This document shows, piece by piece, positions 1 to 21,824 of a stretch of DNA of 64,000 nt (positions within the stretch are counted from its first letter, which is position 1; the number at the start of each line of letters is the position of its first letter). Made by a program: the position numbers and the translations under genes. Origin of the DNA: Macrostomum lignano (lineage: Eukaryota). The notes beneath the pieces were generated by a model. That model was given only the letters and a program-made list of their open reading frames with translations. It was not told where the DNA came from and ran no database searches. The stretch spans positions 248,001 through 312,000 of the forward strand of contig NIVC01001079.1 of the NCBI GenBank assembly GCA_002269645.1, in the 5' to 3' direction.

Positions 1-490
1 GTCCATCTAGCAATTCCAGATCCGCCCACCGTGTTTTTAAACATAGATTAAAAAATCGCATCTACGCTCCTACTCGCAAGCTTTTCTACAACAAAAATCC
101 GACAACGAATTTTCATTTTTTCAGAGTCGTCTCAGAGTCAATTTGAGGCGTTTGATTGTCTGCTACTCTGAAACGACTCTGGTGCCGTAGAGTCACTGAG
201 TTGCGTCTAAAGCGCATGTGTGTCACTTTATGAGCTATAAGAATCGCATATAGTAGAGCAAACCGCTAACACAAGGACTTTTAAAATGAGTTTTTCGTGT
301 ATCTTTTCCGATTCTGCAATTCGCATGATGCACTCGTGACTCAACAGTCGCTAGAGTCAATAGTGAGCTGTTTGCAATGACTCTCTTTAGCGATTCTTGT
401 ATTGCAAGTTTTTAGTGATCTAGACGGGTGTGGGATGAATCCAGAAATATGCATGGGATATTCCACAGACAAGTTAAAAGACGCCGAGGC

Positions 491-9542
<9,052 letters not shown>

Positions 9543-11034
9543 AATTCGATACAGAGCAGGCCTACTTATATAGAAGTTACATGAAGGCTCGAAGATTTGC
9601 GTCTAATTATTAATCTATTTTTCATAAAAAAAAGAAATAGAAAAATACTAAAATTACTGCAATTTTAAAGTTTTGGAATGACTAATTTGCATTCTAATTG
9701 TTTACAAGCAATATTTTATACAGACAGTAGTAATTATCATTTGGGTCGCAGATCAAACTCCAAGTCACAGGCGAGTGTACATGTCTGACGATAAGAAAGC
9801 CAGGGCTGTTGTACACTCTGTGTGAGCTTGTGTACGAGTGCGTGACTGCGTACAGGATCGGTGCGCTTGCGTCAGCGAAATGGGCAGAATTGTGGGACGA
9901 TGCCAGATCTAAGAAAAGAGTTTATTGTTAAAGATCAAAGAAAAAATTCTTGCTTTTCCAATTTCATAACCTAAGCATTCTATATTAATTAGAAGAAACA
10001 AGCAATATAGACAGAAAGGAAGCTGTGATGTTACTTAGAGTCAATTGTTTATATAGTAAACTTGTAAAATTCACTTTTGTGACCATTCTGCAAGCAATCT
10101 ATGTTTGTACATAGCCTCTGTGTTTATGTAGCTTATAAATAATGTCATTCTTAGCAACTAGAGCCAAATTCATACTGTATACTCTTTCATGTATTCACAA
10201 ATACAATGACACAGCTGTTCTCAAGACTCAATTTATCATACAAAAAACATTCTTGGTCCAAGCCTTGAGGCATATGTAATGGAAGAAGCTGGTAAATCTA
10301 TAGTAATTGGTCATGATTCTGAAGTGGCAAGGAGGAGGGGCAGAAGTAGAGGGGATAAGTAAAGGTGGCTACTACAACTTGCAAGAGTAGAGTGGGCAAT
10401 GACAATTGAAAAATTGAACTCAAGATCTATAGCACATTGACATACTATAATGTCAAAGAATGTTGCATATATCTTGCTATTTGAATTAGTGAATATCAGT
10501 TTGCCAATTGGGTTTTTGGCAATTTGACTTTTGGAAAAAAGGTTTTTGGCAAATTGTCCATTATTCATTACTAGTTAGCCATAGTTAGGAAGGTATCCTA
10601 TATGCCAGAATTTTATAGTGTGCATTAGCCCTTTATAGTTCATTGGCATGCATATTTGGCATGCTTGAATCTTAAAAAGTTGTATTTGGTATATAAAAAA
10701 TATTATACAAAGCTATTTGAAAATAGGTATAAGTATCTACTATCTTCTAGTTTCTATAAAAGGTAAAGAATTTAGACACCACAACTTAGCGGCAAATCTA
10801 GAGGGGGGCCTCTCAGCCATGGCAAAGTTCTTTTCGCTATTGTAAGTTTCACTATTATATAAAATTTATTAATAGCATCTTGGACAAGAGACACTAGCCA
10901 TCTATTAACCTATAGTCTATAGTGAAGAAGAATGACAAGTTTCAGAGTGCTGTCATGCTCACAAGCTGCAGAGCATTACTTAAATCAAATAGACTTTTGC
11001 AAAGATGGCCGCATCAACTTTGTTCACTTAGTTT

Positions 11035-11785
11035 GATGTTCGGAACATCATCAAGTTTGGAGTTTTGGCTGGAAAATTGGCAACTGCAATTCATGAAGAG
11101 CTTGGAGAAGTTTTGAGAGAAGAAGCTCTATCAATTCAGACAATGTGCAAGTGGGTTCATGAGGTCCAGGGAGGGAGGCTATGCATGGAAGATGAAGAGC
11201 ACTCCGGAAGGCTGAGAATAGCAACAACTGATGCAAATTCCGAGCGTGTGAAGGATGCCATGACAGAGGACAGCAGGCCAGTTGGTACCAAGGTGAATGC
11301 CAAATATTACAAATGGATCCTGCAGGAGAAACTGCAACCAGCAATCAGAAAGAAGCAACCTGGCTTGCTGGAGAGAGGCATCATTTTTCATCACGACAAT
11401 GCACCTGTGCACCACACCAGAAGAGTGGAAGAGCTCCTGGAGTCCTGGGACTGGGAAGTTCTGCCTCAGCCGCACTATTTGCCTGACTTAGCTCTGGCAG
11501 GCTTCTACATTTTCCCAAGGATGAAGGAGAGTCTTCATGGTCAATGTTTTGCCTCGGTGGAATAGATTAATAACAGTGCTTCATTAGCTCTCTGGCATCT
11601 GGCCATTGGTGGTTGCAGCCTTGCCTTTGAGGTGTGGGTACGCCGCTAGCAGAAGTGCATTGACCTTGGTGGCAAATTTGTAGAGTAACTATGAGTTCAT
11701 TTTGCAGTTGCAAAGCTTTGTTGATTTTTGGGTCACTAGTTTGTCTTTTATAGCATATTGAAACTTACTTTTGGGACAGCCCACA
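11035..11785 (+). mobile_element. Degenerate, internally deleted mariner-type transposon
   Basis: Translates to a mariner HTH (RNIIKF..GK.A..IH..L..ALS..T..KW..EDE.HSGR) fused directly to the C-terminal catalytic part (HHDNAPVH, PHYLPDLALAGF, cf. SPDLAPSDF). The WVPHEL and first-Asp region is missing. A TIR-like end (aaacttacttttgggacagccc) lies at ~11761-11782; no matching left TIR was found. Confidence 0.85.
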
Positions 11786-12640
11786 TAAATGCAATAGTAT
11801 AAAGACAATAACATTTATTTATATAGTATGAAATATAGAATAAATTAGGTCTATAAAATAATCAAGCACTATTTAATATTCATATAAACTGATTGAAAAA
11901 AACTTGATATTTGATTCCACTTGAATTATTTGGCTCAAAAAACTTAACTAAGTATTTAACTTTTTCTAAATCCAAGCTTAGTTGGACTCTAGTAATACAA
12001 ACCACAGGGTTAATTTTGAGGGAACTTTGTCAAAATAGAATTAGACTTTGTAGCCCAACTACTAGTCAAGCTATGCTAGGCCTAGTCTGTATATAAAAGG
12101 ATAAAGCAAAAATAGCAATACTTATAGACAGGACAGATTTAGAGGAGGGGAAGATAGAAGTAGAAGAATGGGCTTCCCCCCTAAAATGGCTTGATGGAAC
12201 ATATTGACATTGTTTCCAAAAACCAAAATTTGTATTTGTGCCCCCTAAATTTGATTTATTGCTCTTCAAATTCATTTTTTGCATCTCTAAGCTTGATTTT
12301 TTTGCCCCTTGTATACATTTTTATAACCCTAAGCCCTAGGCCCTAGTTTAATAATTAGTATCTTTTATACTCATCTTGGCACCCAAAACTTGGACTACAC
12401 TCTCCCATCCTAAAAATTAATTCTAGATTTACCATTGCTTGTAGATCCAACAAAGCAAGGTTAGAATTGAGCTGATTTCAGATTTTATATAAATACAAAT
12501 GATTTCAGCACCTTGGGTTTTTTTAGTATGCAATTAATATGTATATATATATCCATAATTATAATCTTAAATTGAACTAGAAGCCAGAATTTACACATAA
12601 TGAAATTCACTATAGGCTTATTGAACCCTCTACTCTAGTC

Positions 12641-12828
12641 AAGCGCTCATGCTTGGGCGCAAACTAGAGATTCACCCGGCCATTTCTATTGGCAACACAC
12701 ACATGTAAGTTGCTATTGGACAAAATATTGGTCACGTGACTGCTCTTAGCCAATAGCGACTTACATGTGTGTGTTGCCAATAGAAACGGCCGGGTGATTC
12801 CCAAGGTTGCGCATGTATGCAAGCGCTT
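12641..12828. mobile_element. ~190-bp palindromic MITE-like element centred on GTCACGTGAC
   Basis: Arm 12672-12719 (tcacccggccatttctattggcaacacacacatgtaagttgctattgg) is the near-perfect reverse complement of 12750-12797. Outer arms match more loosely out to aagcgct/agcgctt. Confidence 0.75.
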
Positions 12829-12844
12829 ATTTAAAATTAAATAG

Positions 12845-13100
12845 TGACCCTAAATTTTCAAATTGCACCTTGAAACTAAAAAAGTGGATATAGTTTAGGT
12901 GTGGTCTCATAACCTTTTTTTCTTTTAAGCCCTATTAGTATTTGCACTGCTTTAACATAACAAAAAAGAGAAATTGCACTCTGAGCCTTAAAATTGCACC
13001 CTGAAATAGGCCCTACCGCCACCCTAGGGCCTAGGCATAGGGAGCAATTTTGCACCTTGTCTTAGGTGAAAAAAACACAGTTTAACACTAGGCTCCAGGC
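12845..13100 (+). repeat. Dispersed AT-rich repeat family (aaattgcaccttgaaa...ttaggtg(t/c)ggtctcataacc); related copies at ~13705-13860, ~16220-16460 and ~18995-19080
   Basis: The same motif strings recur at four loci. Confidence 0.7.
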
Positions 13101-14000
13101 CTTTTTAGGCTTTTATTGGAATCTCGTCTAAATTACTTTGTTAGGCCTACCAAACTCCCCCAGCCAGTTGACAAAATTGTTGCATTGTCAAAATTGAAGC
13201 TCAATCTGTCCATACTGATTGTAGCTTTTGAGTGCCTAGCCATAGTTTCAATATTGAAGAGGAGTTGGTCAGTTCTCAGTTTCCAAGTTTTCTTTTTCAA
13301 AATCAAGGGTGAAATAGTGTAGCGTAGTATGCAAATATAATATTAATAGGGGCCTAAATAAAATTAGGACCTAGTTGAATTTCTGTTCCTATACGTTTGT
13401 GACAATGTTGATATTAATCCTTAAACATTAGTCTTTATGCATTGCATTATAATTTTTTCATTGCTGTATATAACATACAATGATACAAATAAAGGAAATA
13501 TAAAAAAAAAGAAATAAAGGAAATTTGAATTTGACAGTTTGTTTTATCGTATGGTAGTATATGTTGATTGTTGTCTTTATATGATAGGTAAGTTAGCGTA
13601 TGGTTCAATCGCTAATCTACTGTTCCCCTCAGTTTTTGGCAATCTTTTATTCGTATTTTTCAGGTGGTTGCATCCTAAGTTAAAGTTATCACATTCAGGG
13701 TTTTTTTTTTGTGCGCAGAGTGTGCGTATGCACCCTAAATTTTAAAATCGCACCCTGAAATTAAAAAAGTAGGTGCGGTTTAGGTGCGGTCTTATAACCA
13801 TTTTTCTTTAAAGGCTTAACCATGCTTAAGCTATTTTTTATGCACTGCCTTAAAATATGAAACAAAATAACTCTTTAAATCCTATTAAGTCATATAGGCG
13901 ATATAGCCTATAGCTATAGCCTTATGTAAGATATTAAAATATACATTCCCAGTTGTCTGAAATGTGAGCAATGTGAGGGTTTCACGAGAGATATTCAGAC

Positions 14001-14374
14001 AAAGGCTCCCTAAAACACGCCCCGCACCGGGCCCCGAACTGCTACACATTATAACATTTTTTGTCAATGCAGTATTTGATTGCAAGGAAAAGTTAAAATA
14101 GTAATGGAATAAATATCTTTATTTATTTTTTTAAATATTATTATTTTTTATATTCTCGTTTTTATTATTAAATTATAATATTATTATTTTATTAATATTA
14201 TTATTAATATCACTTATTGTTCACCGAATTTTATATTTCAAAGTAAAAAAAACTAAATTTAATAAAAACTTGAAGCTTAACAGAAAACGCATTCTGAAGT
14301 GTCTTTAGTTATAGTCCAATTTGTTTTAATGTGTAGCGCTGCAGGGTGGTGCGGGGCGTGTTTTAGGGAGACCC
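14001..14374. mobile_element. ~374-bp MITE inserted in the left TIR, flanked by the 8-bp TSD ATTCAGAC
   Basis: TIR ctccctaaaacacgccccgcacc / ggtgcggggcgtgttttagggag. ATTCAGAC occurs at 13993-14000 and 14375-14382 but only once in the uninterrupted right arm. AT-rich core. Confidence 0.85.
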
Positions 14375-15246
14375 ATTCAGACAGACATTCAAAATGATTG
14401 TCTGTAACTTCAAACAAAATTGACCCGCTTCAACCATCTTTTTGGCAAATACTTACGCAAGTGTTGGGCGTCAAATAAGCTTTAATTTATTAACTGAAGT
14501 AAAAATCCTTCTGACATACATTGATTTAAAAATTGCTTAGCAACACTAGCTCTGATTAGAAATCGCTTTACTGTTGACTAAAATTGTTTTGATCGTAGCA
14601 GCCTAAAAGCAGATACTGGATTTAAAAATGCTTCGATTTACTCTATACGCATGTCTCAGCTTTAAAATGACACCTCAGGCGTCGCAAAAGACAGCTTTGA
14701 TGCTGAGATATTCGACACTAAACATGCATTGCTTTGCGCAATCTCACATTCAGAAATTTCACTGATTTTTTGTCGATATTTGTGCAGTTGCCATGTCCTT
14801 GTTTTTCATCAGAATCTTATCAAATTCTAGTCATGTCTATACGCATGTCTCAGCTTTAAAATGACACCTCAGGCATTGCAAAAGACAGCTTTGATGCTGA
14901 GATATTCGACACTAAACATTGCTTTGCTCAAACTCACATTCGGAAACTTCACTGATTTTTATTCAATATTTGTTCAGATGCTTGTCTACTTCTCCATTTA
15001 TTAACCATCACATGGAGCCTTGCTAACGTACAAGTGTATGTAGTTACAGTAAATGGGGTTTTTGTGACTCACTTAAACTTGTTTACGCATTCTACAGCTA
15101 TTCGCCGCCTTTCATTGGAGTGATTCATGGAGTCCAGTTGATAAATTTCCACAAATTGGACTGCTTCTACGTCAGATCTCAACATTTGGAACCGTCCTTG
15201 AACTATTTCAGAGTTAAGTGAGCTAATGGCATCAAATGGAAGGCTA

Positions 15247-17770
15247 CCCAGTGAAAAAAATGATATGGATTCCATGTGGATTTTTCATATGAAATCCATA
15301 TGTGCATTTGTCTCCGTCCATCCATGTGGAATCAAGATATGGATTCCACATGGAAGATCCACATGGAAGTAATTATGTATTTCACATAGAATCCACATTG
15401 TCATTGAGTAAGCAGCCATTATACTGGTTGCCATAATAAATTGTTGCATCCTAAATCACAAAATAATACCAGATCTTAAAATTTCATACGAACCCCAGAT
15501 CTCAATACCATATAAAAGAAACTGAAACACAGATAAAAACACTAGCTATAGCCAAAAATATTTCTGCACAAAAATATATTCAAAAAGGATGTCTCAATAA
15601 GTAAGGTGTATTTATGTACAGTAGTGAGTCACTGGCACACAAAGAATAAAGACACTGATGTAGATATTGATATCTTTAAAGTTGCGCTGCGCATATGATA
15701 TAATATATAATTTGAAATTGACATTGTCAATAGCATTAATTAATTAACAATAATATAATGCACCAGAATTAAAACAGTCAGAAACATGCTGCTGCCAATT
15801 GCCAGAATGCTGCTTCTTCAGGTCAGGTGAGCAACCTTAGAAAAGAAAGGGGTTAAATAACAGAATTTTATAACAGATTGATGACAGATTTTGTAATAGA
15901 TTTTGATAGATTTTGATCATATAACAGATTTTGATGACAGAAAAAAATCAGTTTATAACTAAAACTTACCATTGCTTCACAAAAGGTAGCATTCTAGATA
16001 TTAAATTCAAATTCCAAGTAGCTTTGCATGCTTCTTCAAAGGCAAGACCAAGGTGACATCCAAGTTTGAGGATGGGCCATGTAATGTTAGGCATGCATGA
16101 AATAGAAAAATAATTGTTGCCAATTAAGATTGGTAGATTATATTGATATAATTCATAAAACTAATTTAAGGATGAATACTTAATAAAGTTTATTTTAAAA
16201 TTAACTAGGCCTAAGTCCTAGGTTTATTTTTTATGCGCAGTGTGCATATGTACCCTAAATTTTAAAATGACACCTTGAAAATTGAAATTAAAGAGTGGAT
16301 ACAACTTAGGTGCGATCTCATTACCTATTTTTCTATTGAAGCCTTATTTGCACTGCCTTTATATTAGAAAAAAATTGTATTCTAAGCCTTAAAATCATAA
16401 AACCCTAAAAGTGAGCATAGGCCCCTAGGGTATGATTTTGCCACTTGTCTCTAGCAAAAAAGAAAACCCTACCTAAGTCAATCAATAAAATTACCAATGA
16501 AATAATAAGTACAAAAAAAATTAATATATGTTTCTATAAATTTAATTTTTTATTTTAAAATTGATTTTAGACTATAAAGTATTTAGGCAATGCAATGCAC
16601 GTTTTTTATATTTGCTAGCCTAGTATGATTTAACATTAGGCCTAAGCCTAAATAGCTAGGCCTATGCCCTATGGCTATTAAATACTAGACTTGGCCTAAA
16701 TCAGATCAAATTTACAATAATCATTATTTATTAATAATAGCAACCTTAGGGATCTGCTAGGCTAGCTATGCCAAAAGCAAGTTGCAAGTGTAATTGTAGA
16801 ATTATTTATTACAAATATTGTTTTTTAAAAATGCAACAAGTTTAAAAGATGCTAATAGGCTTTTTTGAAGAAAATCATAAATTAATAGATTTTTAACAGA
16901 TTAACTAGATTGACTAGTCATAATTCACAAAGTCAAGCTAGTCCCAACCTTAATTAAAATAGAAGGACCTAAATTGATAGTTATAGGCCTAGCTTAAAAT
17001 AGGCGTAATAAGCATACATATAAATAGATAGGTAGGACTAAGAGGAAATTATGAACTTCTAAAGGCCTATTTAAGTTAAAAAAATGAGTAGCCAATCTAT
17101 GGACATGGCCATGGGATTCCTAGAAATTGGATAGGCCTAAATAAATTTATCATGGATTTTACCAAAATTATTAGGCCTATCTATGATAAAATACTGATTT
17201 ATCTAATTTCTAATCCCATGGAGGCCATGGTCTTATAAGTTATTGCCTATAGGCTAGGTCTACTAAATTTTTTAAGGTGCTTAAATAGCCATAAACAAGG
17301 CAATTTATCTTTCAAGGCCTTGAACCAAGACATTGACGAATATAAAAAAATTAATTTAATTTTAAAAAGCACGAAACATTTTTTATTGTTCACTTCTATT
17401 TTGTCTATTTTAACAAACAGTGTCTTATTTGCCGATTATAATTTAGCTTTAAGATATTAATTTTTACTTAAAAGCATATAAATATAATAATTAATTTTAG
17501 TAATTTCATAAAAACGTCTGAATGTGGTGTATCACAGTTTTCTATCGAAGTGGATTCCATGTTGAATCAATATACGCTTATTTCTCATGAATTCCTTGTA
17601 AAATCCACATCAACATTAGGACAGTAAAAATAAAAAAATAATGCATAAAAAATACTTTGCATACCATTATGTCATCTTTAAGTCATTAATTTGCAAAAAT
17701 TAAAGAAACATTTAAATTCCACATGGCCACGTGGAACCCACGTGGAATCCATGAATCATTTTTCACTGGG
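15247..17770. mobile_element. ~2.5 kb nested TIR element (CCCAGTGAAAAAA termini, flanked by TA) carrying a decayed spliced ORF
   Basis: Left end ta|cccagtgaaaaaaatgatatggattccatgtgg; right end ccacgtggaatccatgaatcattttttcactggg|ta. Subterminal ccacatgg repeats on both sides. Confidence 0.75.
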
Positions 17771-20704
17771 TAGTGCTCGTACTTGTAAGCGAAGCAGGTT
17801 CACAATTGAAATGGTTGTATTCATGGCCATGGGATCTAAACTGATCTGTTTTACTTTCACGATCGCTTTGGTCTCAGAAGGAGCAGCAGTTGATGGACTG
17901 AGGTGAGAAGAAGATGTGTCACGACTTGAGCTGTTTTTAGAAAATATCTTTATCCAATTAAATATTTTCATGCGGCTCCTTAGGTTGTTCCGAATTCCGA
18001 GTCTAGAAGTCAAGACAGAAAAAAAGTTAAGAACTGCTACTGTAGTCCGTAGGGATTGGAAAGCTTAGCAGTACATTAGAAATCGCCTGTTCAATCTAAA
18101 AAGTTTGAAGTACATATAGCTATTGGGTTGCAACAACAGTAGAAAAAATTCTTTTTATTTTATTCCCACCGCTTACCTCATTCCGATTTGGATAGCAGAA
18201 TTGCCACGCAAAAAAAGTAAAAACATAACAATAAACTATTTGCTTCATATTAATTGCCACTGACTGTTAATAAACGCGACGTCAATTTCTCTCAATAACA
18301 GTTGGAACATGTTTCTTGTACACTCGTATATTTATTTGAACCGCAAAGCGGTGAAAAAGTCATGATTGGTTGCCATATGTACAAATGTACACTCACAGAC
18401 TCACTGACTCAGGTACAATCTATGCAATATAAAGGCAGGAATCATTAAAAATCAAATACTTAAGACAGTTTAAGAGAAGTCCAGGTTTAAACTGGACATG
18501 ACTAGAATTTGACAAGTTTCTAATGAAAAACAAGGACACGGCAGCTGCACAAATATCGACAAAAAATCAGTGAAATTTCTGAATGTGAGATTGCGCAAAG
18601 CAATGCATGTTTAGTGTCGAATATCTCAGCATCAAAGCTGTCTTTTGCGACGCCTGAGGTGTCATTTTAAAGCTGAGACATGCGTATAGAGTAAATCGAA
18701 GCATTTTTAAATCCAGTATCTGCTTTTAGGCTGCTACGATCAAAACAATTTTAGTCAACAGTAAAGCGATTTCTAATCAGAGCTAGTGTTGCTAAGCAAT
18801 TTTTAAATCAATGTATGTCAGAAGGATTTTTACTTCAGTTAATAAATTAAAGCTTATTTGACGCCCAACACTTGCGTAAGTATTTGCCAAAAAGATGGTT
18901 GAAGTGGGTCAATTTTGTTTAAAGTTACAGACGATCGTTTCGAATGTCTGTCTGAATATCTCTCGTGAAACCCTCACATTCTAAACAAGACTCAAGAGAA
19001 ATTGCACTCTGAGCCTTAAAATCGCACCTTGAAATTTGGCACAAGGTGCGATTTCGCACCTTATCTCTGGCGAAAAAAAAAACCCAGATCACATTTACTG
19101 CAGATTGCTGCTACATGCTCCTCAGTCGCGTTCAATACTGATGAAACTATAAGCTGTTCATATTTTCGCGAAACTTTCTAAGAAAATATCATCAGGTAAA
19201 ACAAATAGCAAATCCACTTAGAATCCAGAAATCATTCTTGTAGCACAAAAGTCAAAGTCGCTGGCTTTGTTTTTTCTTTTTATGTTTATAAAAAACAGAA
19301 AGTGAAAGAAATTATTTTTCCTTGTACATGCATACTTCCATTAATTAGCATGTTATATATTTATTAACGTGCTGGCACTGGAGGCGCAGCACTGCCGATG
19401 GAGGGAAGTGGAACCGTGATTTGGTGGTCTGTTCATCCCTCATCCCATCGAATTTTTAGAATTAGATCAGCGCATTACTCTTAGCTCCTAAATCTCACGA
19501 AAACATATACTGTACTAAAAAATTGTGGTCTCACCCCCTTTAGAGGGACGGGATGGTGATCCCTCTGCTGCCCCCTTGCGCCACCATGCACTGCTTTTTG
19601 GATTTATTTTCATATAATAACATGTATCTAAAATCGAGTGATTTTTACTGTGTTACTTTCCAATAGGAATTTAGCTAGATGCAGTGTCACATCACCACAG
19701 AGGCAGAGGGTTGCGGGATTGCGTAGCCAGGGGGCGGTCGATCTGAATGATGAATCAAAATTTAAATCGCACTTTATAAAGGTTTATCCGTAACTCGCTG
19801 CTACATTTTAGTTACTTTATAGAATTATGTTTTATTTCTGTTGGATATTTTATGAAAGCGCAGCGTGCAAAGCTAGTTATATATAATATGTAAGACAAAT
19901 CGGCAAAATGCATAGATACAAAATGATTTCAAGTTGCATGTCATGACACCTACATGTACATAACAATTGACACATTAAATGTTAAGGACATGCAGAGGGC
20001 CATAAAAATATTTTGTTTTGAACAGATGGATTCTCCATAAGTTTTAGTTTACACATTCAGTTGGTTTTGGCTTTGTGGAATATACATATGACTTGGAGGA
20101 CTCATTGAGATTATAGCGTGTAGAAGACGAACAGGTCCATTAACAATACTGCAAAACTGAAACATTGTAAATCGGAATTGGCAGTATTATATAATAATTA
20201 GGGAAGAGTTAACAATAGACAGAGATTGCCATCTGAGTAGTGTGACTTACTTGACTTGAGGTGAGTGTAAGAGAAAAGAGTAATGGAAGAGGGAAAGGGA
20301 GAGAGGAAAAAAGATACTGTGGATGAGTAGGCATGAGATGAGGGGAGAAATCGTAGAATTTGAATGAAGTGCTGACCTAGAGCTTACTGCATGTAATAAT
20401 CATATAGACGAGTAGTCTATATAGCAGCAATACATGATTAGCAATCAAGAATATGGAGTCTTGAGTCAATTTCTGAATAGCAGGCTGTAGCAGTGAGACT
20501 ATGCCCCAACCATCCTACTGATAAGTGCTAACGATTAACGATTCAAATATTTCTACTTTATTCACTTTTTTGTTAGACACCTACAAAGAAGTTTTGCCTT
20601 TGTTATATAAAAAACTTGCTTTCTGACGTACAGAGATGGCGCAAGGAGGTAACTCAACAGACTGAATTGTGAAGCAATTTGTGTGATTAAAAAAGTCTTT
20701 ACTC

Positions 20705-21181
20705 TTAACTCTTCTCATTATTACCAGTCCTTGATTCGCTTGTTGCTGTCTCAACTGCAGTCAGAGTCTCAACTGCAGCATCCAACTCGTCCTCATCGTC
20801 ACTCTCGACCATCGCAGCTGCAGCAGCCTGATCGCTGGAGTCTTCTGAGCTGATAACACTGCTCGCAGCCTGGTGGGACCATGACTGCTGCCGCTGCTGC
20901 AGGCCGCCGCCACTCGCGGCCAGGTAGTCAGCCAGTTCGGCAATGTACGTCTGCGCCAGCCGCAGCACCTCGTACTTGGAGAGCCGCTTCGCCTCGCTGG
21001 CGGCCGGTAGGACTCGGCGCAGCCGGTCGAAGGCCACGTTCAGCGAGGCCATGCGGCGTCTCTCGCGCTCGTTCGCTGCCCGTCGACGCTGATGTCCGTC
21101 TCGGTCTCCGGCGCCGCCGCCGCTGTCGTCATCCTTGCCGTTGCCGACTGAGCAGTTAACAAACTTTTTCTGAACCTCCAT
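20705..21181 (-). CDS. ato: Atonal-family proneural bHLH transcription factor, 158 aa, intronless
   Basis: [53 protein letters not shown] and LSKYE are atonal-type rather than neurogenin/NeuroD. The exact paralog is not determinable. Confidence 0.88.
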   Translation of the reverse strand: MEVQKKFVNCSVGNGKDDDSGGGAGDRDGHQRRRAANERERRRMASLNVAFDRLRRVLPAASEAKRLSKYEVLRLAQTYIAELADYLAASGGGLQQRQQSWSHQAASSVISSEDSSDQAAAAAMVESDDEDELDAAVETLTAVETATSESRTGNNEKS

Positions 21182-21824
21182 GCGACAGACAGTCTGTTGT
21201 TGCTTCTATTATTAGTTTCCCGAGAACTCTACTGCTTTGTACAGATTGGGGATCGGTCTTACATGTCCAGTCTTGTTAGCTCTGCCAGTTATCTAAAAAG
21301 AAGTCTTTCGAAAAGGTTTTCTCTGGGGTTGGGGCTAACGAAGCTGTTTGATTGGTCAGCGACCACCGGACCAGCCCCGTTCGAGTCTTCGCTCAACCCC
21401 CCGATTCCCGCCAGGAGCCAGGCCAACCCCAACAGCCTCAAGTTTTAAGCAGACTTGGACTGTAGTCTCGTCTAGGGACCACTTAAATAGTTATACGGAT
21501 TGGAAAACCTGAACTCGTTAAGCCCGGCGCAAGATCGAGTTAACATGACTATATATTATGGTATAGTACACTAGTACCGATCCATCCCCTAGGGTCAGGG
21601 AAGCCTCTATGGTCGCTGCGCTTCCCAGGGACCTGCTTGGGTCCTTTAAAACTTCACAATAATAGTCCTACTTTCTCAAGATTTATGTCTCTTCTCAGCT
21701 CTCTTCTGCTCCCTTTCTTATCCCCCTTCTCTCCCCTCTCCTCTCTTCTCTCTCCCTCCTCCCACCTCTCTTCTCTTATCTTCCCTCTCCTCTCTCTACC
21801 ATGCTTCAAGGTCTGTCTCAGACT

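Larger units (their letters stand above)
13970..18980. mobile_element. ~5 kb non-autonomous DNA element with ~485-bp inverted repeats (left arm 13970-14836, interrupted by a MITE; right arm 18496-18980)
   Basis: 14383-14836 is the reverse complement of 18496-~18950 with few mismatches. 13970-14000 matches the last 31 nt of the right arm. No TSD found; superfamily unassigned. Confidence 0.85.

Noticed and set aside
120-410. GAGTC/GACTC-rich stretch with short inverted matches
   Set aside because: Possibly a transposon end, but no TIR partner or TSD can be defined in the window.
15069-18013. ORFs 15069-15275 and 17756-18013 as halves of a transposase split by the nested element
   Set aside because: After removing the insert and one TA they are not in the same frame; the rejoined frame hits a stop after ~85 codons and resembles nothing I recognise.
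19360-19750. Small GC-rich patches resembling MITE ends
   Set aside because: No clear inverted pair or TSD.
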